Source: Lytechinus pictus
Taxonomy: Eukaryota
DNA: 64,000 bases
Direction of reading: 5' to 3'
Assembly (NCBI RefSeq): GCF_037042905.1
Contig: NC_087245.1
Span: 19,408,001-19,472,000 of the forward strand
The notes below the pieces were generated by a model. That model ran no database searches, was not told the origin of the DNA, and saw only the letters and a program-made list of their open reading frames with translations. Below are positions 53,846 through 64,000 of the stretch, one piece after another. A program made the position numbers and the translations under genes. How positions within the stretch are numbered: the stretch's first letter is position 1; every line of letters starts with the position of its first letter.

Positions 53846-56277
53846 CTGTAAAAACAGAAGGCAATGACAGTTATCTTGCCCACTTTTATTAAAAAAGGCA
53901 GAACAATCCTGATTGGAAGCCATGCCGAAACCATGCTGCAGATGACTTACAGATTTCAATCCAGAAAGAGAAAAATACCATTCAGACATAGCTAAAGTAA
54001 AATGTGACATTGAAAATAATTGATGCAAATAAGCAAGAATATCATAATCCAGTCCTCAACATCTCTTTCCTTTATTTCCAAGAATATCTGACATCTTTGA
54101 CGCAAATACCTGTCAGGGTCTCAGAAAAGCTGTGAGTAAAAAGATGTTTTGAGATGTGTTTCTGAAATATCTCATTCACTCACTGAAAACATAATTAACA
54201 TTCTGAAAAAAAACCATTCCTCATAAGTACGACTCTGTCTTGCTAATGAAGTCATGCTTAACTCCTTGCCCCCATCAAAGGGATTCTTGGAGAAAATATG
54301 CAACGGTTCAAGAGCATGACAGAGTTTAAAAATCCATTTAACAAGGTGGATTGCAAAGCCTGCCTTACAACTGAAGGTGTGAGTTCAGCCACGGCCATTC
54401 TGGCAACACAGAATCATGCTAAAACTCACTGAGAAAGCATGTAATATCAGCAATAACAACATTACTTTACCTTGCATTGATGACATTACAAGTGGCATCG
54501 AATCCTTACTGAAATATATATCGATCTACTTGTCAAAAAATAGTTACTTTACCTTTCTTGAATTCCAGAATAGCTGACTGAAAAAAACCACATTCTCTAT
54601 AATTTTTAGAAATTAGTCAACATAATGTATGAATAAAAATAAGGAATCTTAGACAGAAGAAATCGGAAATGGTATGTGTACAGTCTATATTAATCTTTAT
54701 TAGGTTCTGTAAATCTGATTCTGTAAATCTATTTATTCATGTTTTTAAAGTTTAATTCTTTGTTTGATAACATGAATGAGTATCTGTTTCAACACATGTT
54801 ATTTAAAAGATATTACGTGTAATAACTATAATGTCTGAGGCCCAGTCCCACTAGCGTTTCAGAAGATTTGCAAAGTTTTAGGCCTACATTTGATGAACAT
54901 CAGCAACATTCATGAAACATGCTTGTTTGAATGGCAGAAACCCACCCACGTACACAATAAACCGTGAAGACACGGTTTTTTCTGTTCCCAGGATTTTTGA
55001 GCTGTAAAACATGTTTGGGTGCGGATGACATCGTATAATTCACATTATTGAACCTTTATTACATACTGCTTTAGACAAGCTTAAGGGCCATATATCATAG
55101 TGTATTAAATGGGGAAATTATACTTCAGCCTCTCATGTTGTTCGAGAAATATTATTATTTAGAAAATGGTAGATTTATGATTTAAGATTAAGATATTTTA
55201 GCGTAAGGAAGACAAAGCATGCTTTTCCCATCAGTTGTATGTTATTTCATTGAATGAATCTTCTTATGTTGTGTTTTAGTGAGAGCATAAGCCTAGCTGA
55301 TGTAATTTCAAAATGAAACTTCGCAATGAGAATAAAACCACTTTGTGACAAATTTTATAACCATATATATAAATATTCAATCCTTTTAGAAGCTATTTAC
55401 CACTTGTCAAATCATCCAGATAGCAGTATGTAAATAATGACAAGAAAGAAAATGAAAGCTTCAAAACCTAAAGTGACACTTGGCTGCGGCAATGAAGCAA
55501 AAATAACAAGATGAATGTAGGTGCATCAATAAAACACAGTGGGGGCAAAGGCCATAACTATCCACTTGTAATATGCTGGCAAAGAATGTAACAAACTCAA
55601 ATAAGAACCTATTACGAGCTTGTCGTCAATGAGACCGATTTATGAATGAACTGCGAATTATCGCATATTTACCCATAGGTACATCAGTCTTGATGACAAG
55701 CAAATATCACAGAAGCCAAGAAATAGAAAATATTATGCCTCATTCACATGCACGCCATGATAGAATGAAAGAAATCTTGAAATAATTCAAGCATATATCA
55801 AGGCCATAATAAGAAGTGCATATCCAGTACCAAGCAAAAATAATAGTACATGCGTGAGAGCATGGTACACGGTATCCATAAAAATCATTACTAAATTGTT
55901 GACTTAAATAAGAGTTCTCATATTGTGTATATTAATTCCCTTATTGCTTAGGAATCATATTGTGCTACATCTAATTTTTTTTCTGAATGTTGAGTATATA
56001 TTAAACACATAGAAGACATTTTCTGCATAAGTTTGGTTTTAATTCACCAATTGAAAATTGTGTTTCACATACACTATTGACAAAGTTTTTAAATCTAATC
56101 AGACACATATCTTCTATATACAGTAATTGTTGGTATATTAATGAATACCACAGACAAGATAATTTGTAATAAGACAGACAAGGATAAGACAGACAAGGAA
56201 AGAGTAATTACTGATCTATTTTTATTTAATTGACATAAAAACAGTGGACGAGCATGACGGGGAAACATAAAACTTAC

Positions 56278-56497
56278 CTCCAACTGAGCCTCAACTTCTG
56301 TCCTATGTCTTTCTTCCTCCTCAGCCTTCTTCGTCTTCACCATTTCAATGTGCTTCCGGATGACCTTGAAGTCGATGATGCCATGCTTTCGAAGGATCTT
56401 CTCATAGTCTTTTGGCTCCTCATCCTTAAGCAGTTCGTAGATTTCGATATCGGCCTTGGATTCAACCACCTCAGGCTTCTTCTCTTCTGGTTGTGGT
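56278..56497 (-). CDS. Exon, single THB motif (DIEIYELLKDEEPKDYEKILRKHGIIDFKVIRKHIEMVK)
   Basis: 220 bp, phase 2-0; acceptor aattacag, donor gtaagt. Confidence 0.93.
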
Positions 56498-57021
56498 CTG
56501 TAATTCAAGATGTATTCAAATCAAATGATTAACAATTACTTTTTTAAGCAGGATATCTCTCAAATGGTATAGCAATTTTTTGTTGGGCATGTGACCCAAA
56601 TGAAATCAGTAAATCAATGCTACTATGATGTCATGTAGCTTCAGAAAGATCAGAAGTATGACTTCTAGACCAACAATTTCGTCACTGTGACCTTTTGCCT
56701 CTTGGGCTTACAATTGTTAAAAATATTTGTGAAAGTTATATTGATGGTAACTTAAACACTTAGTCTGTTTACATCAATTTAAACATAAATTGAGAAAGTC
56801 ATGTTACAAATGATTGTCTTGAAAGTATAACTTTTGTCCATGAAAAGTTTGCTTGTGTGCACATTATTTCACCATTAGCATTGTGAATTTTATCAACAGA
56901 AATGCAACAAGAACCACACGAATCTATCTAACTCTGCGTTTCCATCAATACCAATGTATTCTCAAAGAAATGCAGGTACATCAATTTATCTTTTGTCAAA
57001 CTTTTACCCAACCTGACTCAC

Positions 57022-57304
57022 TTTTTAAGTTTAGCCTGCGCTGCTTCCGGTTCTTCCTTAGGTTTCTCTTTGACCACGAGAGTAACCGTCAGCTTAGCCT
57101 CTCCATGTGGGTTGGTCAGTTTGCAGACGTACTTGCCAGCATCAGTCATCTTGGCAGATGTGATGGTGAAGATGGTCTCGCCAGTTGTCTCTTCCGATTC
57201 GATGATGTACTGGGTACTAGGTTTGATAGCTTTCCAACCTTTATTCCATGTTAGTGTCGGGTAGGGGAATCCCTCAATCGTAAACCTGAAAGTCGCATCT
57301 TCGC
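57022..57304 (-). CDS. Exon, body of the Ig domain preceding the THB (C1-like)
   Basis: GEDATFRFTIEGFPYPTLTWNKGWK..DAGKYVCKLTNPHGEA; 283 bp, phase 1-2. Confidence 0.95.
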
Positions 57305-57827
57305 CTACAAATACAGGTATAAATAAGATATAAGTATGTATACAATAATGCACATTTAATGGCATGCTTGTTACAACTACGCTATTTTACTGCAGTTGTG
57401 GTTAAAGAAAAATTCAAAACAAAATCACAGCATTTTATTTAAGTTAAAACTGTATACATATGAATATCATATTTGTATGTAAAAATCATCAATAAACATA
57501 GTTTGGCATGAAGATAAATGATTTCATGAGTATTACATCTATCAAACTCAATGCTATGAACACTGATTCTAAGCATCATGTCCACAGGATTTAAAGGTTT
57601 GCAATGTATTGCAAAGTGGCAAATGGATAATTCAGGTAAATTGCATAAACACTACGTATTAAAGAATGCGAAATCACCAATCAGATGTTAGATTCGAATT
57701 CGAGTTGAATTTGCGATGGAAACAAACCATCGTAATAAAGAGTATATGTAAAAAGATACATATTTTTTGTCCTTGAATTATGAGTTATAAAAAAGTTAAG
57801 GTTGTACAAAATAGTTTGAAAGCTTAC

Positions 57828-57893
57828 CTTCTGTCACTTCGAGTGTGATAGAAGTCTCTGAGAAAGATGGCTTGGTAGGCTTGGGTTTCTCAA
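57828..57893 (-). CDS. Small exon, linker plus first strands of the Ig domain (EKPKPTKPSFSETSITLEVTE)
   Basis: Not in the ORF track; acceptor tttccag, donor gtaagc; 66 bp, phase 1-1; supplies the missing PxF A-strand. Confidence 0.85.
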
Positions 57894-60084
57894 CTGGAAA
57901 TGATCATTTATTGAAATACATTAGATTCCTATATCAGTACGTAGAGTTTAGACTCAACAAGTTAATGCTTAAATGCATTCTACACAAATTCCCAAGTATT
58001 TTCCATGTATAGTGTGTTTGTAGGGAGAACTAATTATTTTAATACCCAAGAAAATGTAACAAATAAAGAGAATCATGGGGTTATTGGTTTCATTCAAATT
58101 GGAAAGTTACTTCTTCATTTTAATTACCATTCTCTGATGAGGCCATTTGATTCAATATCAAATGGGGATGCATGTGTATTAGTTTGACTTAATATAAACT
58201 ATGCCCATCCCAAAATAAATGTCACAACACATATATAAAACTTCTGATGTGGAATTTGAAAACAGGGGTCAACATAAATCATGTACATTCATTATGAACA
58301 TCAAAACAAAAATTGAAGAAATGGTGACGGAACGATGCAAGACCTGTCAAGTTCGATAAATTAACCCTAAAATTAGTTGAGCTTGCTGTCCTATCTTGCT
58401 TTTTTATTTATCAAATATATCACCATAACATTTAACATGTGTTACACTACAATTCTATAATAAATGGTTAAATATACTAACAAAAAACAAGAAGAGAGAA
58501 TATTTGTGTATATCTTACACATAATATTCATGTATGTTTTAAAATGTATGTTTTATATACATATGTATGTAGATATTAATTTCAAATGTTATGTAATGAG
58601 ATAATGCCACATGCTCCTGTGTGTATTGAATTAGACATATTCTAGAATGGTTTGAAATTCTGATATGCTGAGTCAAAGCGAATCAATGCCTATGACCACT
58701 CCCCCCCCCTGGTTAACAATGTTCATTACTTCATGACACTTACCTACACACTCTGAGATCATTTAAGTGCTGATAACATAGTCACCATACTCATCAGAGT
58801 GCTCTACCAATATGTTTCAGAGAGTGCTATCAAATTCCATGGCATATGGAAATGTGTGCAACATACAATGCAGACTTTGAAATAAATTCAAAATGAACAC
58901 ATGCAAATTAAAGTACATATCTTTATTTCCATGAAAATAAAATCATCATGCATTTACTGGAAGCATGGAATCTACACTGACATTGGTACAAAGGTAAAAA
59001 TTAACTAAGGTTAATTGGAAGAGAGATGTGGGTCAGCCATCGTGAAATGAATACCAAGCTTTGATCGTGCAATCAGCTTTTGCTAAATCTACCATGATGA
59101 AAGCATATTCATGCAATTATCTCTCTAAAACCCCTAGACGATGCAAAAATTCATTCTTGGTCATAATGAACATCACATTATATTTAATTTTGTAATTTCT
59201 CCTAATTTGAGAAGAGTGAAATCAATTCGCAAGCACAAATACAAATTCATATATTTTTTTTTTAACTGAAGAGACAGTAAAATATTGGTGTGATGGGTTG
59301 TTGTGAATGATTTTCTTTATGAAGTGGAGAAAGGGCTGAAAATACTTTCAAATGCTATTGACCGCTACTGGATATATCATGATTGTGAAATCACATCCCA
59401 TTCCTATGATTTGAATAAACAGCATTTTTAATATTACACCAACTTTCCAAGATAATCAAACCATATTTGTTGTTTTCATTTAGAACTTAAATAGTAGAAA
59501 TGCCACAACCCAAGCACATAATGTTAAATCAGAATATGAATTTGAACACAAAAGGTAATATAGATCAGTAACATAAATGGTAAAGTGATATTGTTGTGGG
59601 CCTAATAAAAAACTTTGCATTTCCAGTTATTCTAAACCACTTATACTGTTTTTGGAGACATATGTAATATTCAAGAATGTAACAATACGAAGAAAGTGTA
59701 ATTTTGTAAACTAGTAAAAATTGATGATAATTTGAGAGCTGAAGAATCTTATTTTATCCTGAAAGTCTAATTAACAGGTAACTACCTAAATAAAGATGAA
59801 TCCAACACCAACATCAGAGCAGTGTAACTTATGGTGGTCATAACTGGGGGTTTCTAAAGAAAGAGACACTTTCAGTGGGTTATGCAGTGAAACAGGATTG
59901 TTGCCATGTCATTGTATGAGTTAATTTATCTTGTGAGTCATACTTGAAACTCCCAATCAGAAACTACCACAATACACTATAAATGAATTGGTCTTAAAAA
60001 TAGTGGAAAATGAAAGTCGGTTCATGCATGGATGATTGTGCAGAAGATGATGGTGGTGCAAAAGGGTTATTTGATGTGGCCTAC

Positions 60085-60251
60085 TCTTGACGGTCACTTT
60101 CGCGGACGAGATGTCCTCTCCGACGTCACTGACCGCCATGCATTCGTATTTGCCCTGGTCAGCAGGTTTGGCTTGGAGGATTTCAAGAGTGGCAACCCCA
60201 GCTTCATAAGTTTGTGTCTGGGTAGGTGTAGGCTCCAGGAGCTGGCCTTCC
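60085..60251 (-). CDS. Exon, C-terminal half of an Ig domain
   Basis: EGQLLEP..ATLEILQAKPADQGKYECMAVSDVGED; 167 bp, phase 2-1. Confidence 0.9.
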
Positions 60252-60324
60252 CTGTAGAGTAATGAATATCACCAGAGGAAACCATAAAAAAGCAGGCAAA
60301 ACAAAGCTTGAAAATATATTGATA

Positions 60325-60760
60325 TATGCTTTTCACACTGCATTTCCTTATTCCTTAACCCCGGACTATCCTTAACCCCATACTATCCTTTTATAATTTC
60401 ACACTGTCTTTCTTAACCCCATACTATTTGCTTAGCCAGGATTAATGCCTAACCCCAGACTATCGCACAGCTCATGAATATTAATGATTTTGCCACGCAG
60501 CGCGTGATTAACGTGCAATTTCGACTTCTGTGATTGGCTAATGCTTAGCTCCACTTTCCCTTAGCCTGGTTGGGTTTCAGATTGCAGCTCTTAGCACCGC
60601 AATTGCGATGTTAGCACTGCTATAAGATGGCTAACCCTGCATTTTAATAGGGCTGATAGTACCATCCTTTTTACTGTACTAGCCCACTTTGGTAAAACGT
60701 AGTGCAAAAGCGAAGTGGACTAAGCTTAACCCCGTAAATATCTGTAGTGTGAAAAACATA
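60325..60760. mobile_element. MITE, PIF/Harbinger-like TIRs
   Basis: tatgcttttcacactgca ... tgtagtgtgaaaaacata; internal ttaacccc.actat repeats. Confidence 0.6.
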
Positions 60761-60991
60761 GGCCTACTACAAACTGTCAAAGTCTCACATGATGAAATGT
60801 CATCTTAAATTGTGGTCTAATTTCATTAGACTAGATAAGACCAAGCTTGGTTAAAGATCCGCAAGGTAAGGTCAAACAGTAAATATACAAATCAAAATAA
60901 TTCCCAGTTTTAACCAATCCAAAATATGAATACCAGTCAAATCACTGATATCTAGATTAACTTTTGTATTTATACAATGAGATGAACTTAC

Positions 60992-61068
60992 TTGTACCAC
61001 TCAACATCTGGTGTAGGTTCTCCAGTCACAGTACAGGTTAGCAGGACAGAGGCCCCAGACTTCACAGT
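60992..61068 (-). CDS. Exon, N-terminal half of an Ig domain (TVKSGASVLLTCTVTGEPTPDVEWY)
   Basis: Not in the ORF track; 77 bp, phase 0-2; joins the next exon as WYK-EG. Confidence 0.92.
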
Positions 61069-61761
61069 CTGTGTAAAAATATTGGTGACCAAAGTTACAT
61101 AATAATATTTTTAAAATAATATATTCTGGCCTGTACACAATGGAGGGACACAATTATCCCACGCTATTCCCATTTCTTTTTCATTTTATTATTTGATAAG
61201 ATATACAGTGTGTGATACTATTAGTTTCCTCATTTGCATACCCCCTAAAATGTGCATATTACTATTTGTTATGCTTTTATTTTTTTCTCTACTTGTGCAA
61301 CAAAACTTACTATTTTTTTGGGTGGACTTCACCTGGTTAAAAAAAATGAAATTAACTCTCTCGCTTTTCATATCATACAGCAATTCCTTTTTAATATTGC
61401 TGTCAGTATATATTTTCAATATGACAATACGCAAAACCATGATTGACGTGTACTAAATGAGAAGTACACTTAACTTTTTCATTTTTTGGGGTAATTTTGA
61501 TAAGTTCAATAAGTAGTACACTTGATATTTTCATCTCCGAGTCATTTTAATAAGTTAAATGAATGGAAAAAAACTAATATGATATGCAGGTCCAAAATAA
61601 TTGAATATGATTCATGTAACATCTTTCTGGAATGCTGGGACCTTGAAGATGAAACCAAGACATGAATAGAGCACATGAAATATCATGCTTTAAGCTATTA
61701 AAAACCACAAAATAAAAATTTCTTTTTCAGGTATTCTTGACAAGGTATCAAGGAGCCTCAC

Positions 61762-62894
61762 CTGGTCTTTCAATTTGTCCACAATGACAGGAGCTGCTTC
61801 TCTAATTTCTGCCTTCTCCAGAGGCATCTGCAGAGTAACAGCTTCCTCGGGTTTCACCTTCTCAACTCCTACATCTATCTGCACCTCCTGCATCTCCTCC
61901 GCTTGCTGTGGTTTGCCAACCTGAAGGATGACTTCCGACTCCTCAGGCTGTACCTCTATAGGAAGAACAATTTCGGCAGTTTGCCTTGGCTCTGTTACTT
62001 GGGGAGTGACTTCTGCAACAGTTACGACAGGTGTCTCATCAGGAACGGCCTCCTCAACTGGAACTTCCTTTGATTCGGGAGTGATTGCGGAGATACCAAC
62101 ATCAGGAACATCCTCGATGGGTTCTTGGGCTGGGAGAGTAACTTCTTCAGGCTTCTTGGTCACAGGTGCAATGGTTGCTTCCTGATCCTCTGAGACCTGA
62201 GGAGCCTTCTCCACATCGATGACTGCACTATCATCAGTGACAGGTTTCTTCCTCTTCAGGATGGCTCTACCTCTTTTTGGTGACTTGATCTCTTCATCCT
62301 CTTCCTCCACCGTGTCAAGGAATACACGCCTTTTATATTCAATATCAGGCTGATCCAGAGGTCGAACCTGAACTTTCAACTTTTTCTCTTTATCTTTCTT
62401 CTTCTTCTTCTTCTTTTTTTTCTCTTTCTTCTCTGGTTCAGACTCCTTTTCATCATCATGAGGCAATTCTGGTTCCAAAATTGGCTCTCCCTCTAAATCT
62501 TCCTCTGTAAGATCTTCATCTTCTTCTTCATCATCATCGTCATCAAACGGAGCACTTTCAGAAGGACCTTCATCAATTGTCACTGATACAGGCTCCTCTT
62601 CTGGCCTATCTTCATCATCAGGAGTGTCTTCAGGTCTGGGAGCTTCCACCGGAACCTCAGCAGCTGGTGGGATATCATGAGGGCGCTTCTCTTGAACATC
62701 TGGTCTTGCTTCCTCTGGAAGTGTTTTAGGAACCTCTGGTGCTTCAGGAGCTGGGATTTCAACTGTTACTTCAGGTAATTCCTCTGGTAGGGCTTCTTCA
62801 GTTGGAACTTCAGATTTGGGTACTTCTTCCTTAGGCGCAACAACAACCTCCACAGCTTCAACTGTTACAACTTCTTCAGCCGCTGGAGTTGTCT
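61762..62894 (-). CDS. Exon, non-repetitive PEVK-like disordered region, ending in the Ig A-strand APVIVDKLKDQ
   Basis: 1,133 bp, phase 1-0; acceptor ccttacag, donor CAG|gtgagg; rich in E/P/V/K/D. Confidence 0.9.
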
Positions 62895-63670
62895 CTGTAA
62901 GGTTGAAGAAAGTTGGTAGGCCCAAGAAGAGTGAAAATGAACATCCAGCAGTAGAATGAAGATGAACATTCAATGCCGTGCATCAATGCTTTGATGGCAG
63001 ACTTGGCAGGCAAAATGCGACTCTTCTAATGATCATGCAACTGTTCCGTGATGATGCAATGGAATGATACTAAAACTAAAACAAGGTGCTTCATGCCGGA
63101 AAAAAATCTTGACAGTCCTCTGTCACAAGCACAAATGATTTGACATTGATTTAACATTCTTGTTGAGAATTACCCTAGTCGCCTGGTCTTGATCATACTT
63201 GGAATGCAGATCATTTCGAGCTGTAGTGAGGTCTGTGATCAATACTATCTTTAAAATATCTCGGGAGTCCTCTTTCATCTTTCTGGAGATACTGCTGCCC
63301 CCTACTTCTCCCGTTTATAATCTCATTATGAGTCCTTTTAATATTTTGGTTTTTGTTCTTTACTTTGGAATATTGGATGCTGTCAAAATAGTTTGTTTAA
63401 TGTTAGTGGTATGTATCAAACATGTTTTTTTATATTTTAATGTATTGAAATATCTGACTTCAAAATTGAGAATTGAAATATTCGTGTTTATCATCGCCGT
63501 TTATGCTTAACTTTTTGGTGTCCTTGCATAAACTTGTTCGATCTTTGTTTTGTTATTATAATTTCATTTAATTACAATGGTTTTGTTTAACTTTTGTTTA
63601 ATAGATTCAGACAATTAAAAAAAAAATGGGACAATTTTTAAGATCTATTCACAAATAAAAATTCTGCTGT

Positions 63671-63965
63671 AATAATAATAATAGTCGGTTCTTGTGTAGC
63701 GCATAACACATTATAAATAACGTCTCTATGCGCTTCCAAAGGACTTGGATATTATTACCCTGGCTTTAGCCCCGCAGCCCTTTATAGCGCTGTGGCATTT
63801 CAAAGAATAAATTCCTGCCAGGTACCCATTCACCTCACCTGGGTTGAGTGCAGCACAATGTGGATAAATTTCTTGCTGAAGGAAACTACGCCATGGCTGG
63901 GATTTGAACCCACGACCCTCTGTTTCAAAGTCTGGAGACTAATCCACTGGGCCACAACGCTCCAC
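63671..63965 (-). mobile_element. Full-length tRNA-derived SINE with (ATT)n tail
   Basis: On the minus strand: A box TGGCCCAGTGG, B box GGTTCAAATCC, central ctcaacccaggtg..aatgggtacc segment (Nin/Deu-like), L2-like 3' end ending tattattattatt. Confidence 0.85.
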
Positions 63966-64000
63966 AGTAAAGGCAAAATATCACACTTGGGGGAGTAATC

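Larger units (their letters stand above)
1..62894 (-). other. Partial multi-exon gene for a giant Ig/FN3 muscle protein (titin-like; MyBP-C/IGFN1/IGSF22-type architecture); extends beyond both window ends
   Basis: 31 exons with GT-AG boundaries and compatible phases, encoding 15 Ig domains, 5 complete plus 1 partial FN3 domains, about 52 THB-like motifs and PEVK-like linkers. No start or stop codon found in the spliced frame. Confidence 0.93.

Noticed and set aside
53846..54028. ORF-track N-terminal extension MHQLFSM.. as a start for a stand-alone 3,688-aa gene
   Set aside because: Composition changes abruptly at a good acceptor (tttttacag, 53846-53847) and the phase matches the upstream exon; the ORF tails past the donors at 43078 and 30845 are likewise intronic read-through.
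1..62894. Assigning a gene symbol (TTN, unc-22, MYBPC, IGFN1)
   Set aside because: Orthology cannot be established without searches; no kinase domain or termini are visible in the window.

Overview
AT-rich eukaryotic (animal) genomic DNA. The SINE and MITE types suggest an echinoderm such as a sea urchin, but this is inference. The whole 64 kb window lies inside one minus-strand, multi-exon gene for a giant sarcomeric-type Ig/FN3 protein; neither its start nor its stop codon is in the window. I traced 31 exons (the last truncated by the window edge) with GT-AG boundaries and consistent phases: about 26.5 kb of CDS, about 8,800 aa. N-to-C order: acidic PEVK-like exon, Ig, Ig, tri-helix-bundle-like motif (THB), giant exon B (10,767 bp; 30 x 120-aa units), giant exon A (7,893 bp; 20 x 131-aa units), linker, 4 Ig, Ig, THB, linkers, 8 Ig, then at least 6 consecutive FN3. 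It would probably be auto-annotated as titin-like, but the Ig-THB-Ig(n)-PPKI-Ig-FN3 order resembles the MyBP-C/IGFN1/IGSF22 family. The main observation is that every unit of the two giant, phase-0/phase-0 (skippable) exons carries a copy of the MyBP-C-type THB motif between PEVK-like spacers, giving about 52 THB motifs where known family members have one. The introns contain a 46-bp minisatellite, tRNA-derived SINEs, an L2-type LINE 3' end, several MITEs, a Helentron/DINE-like element with an internal tRNA-like segment, and a 475-bp locally templated insertion.
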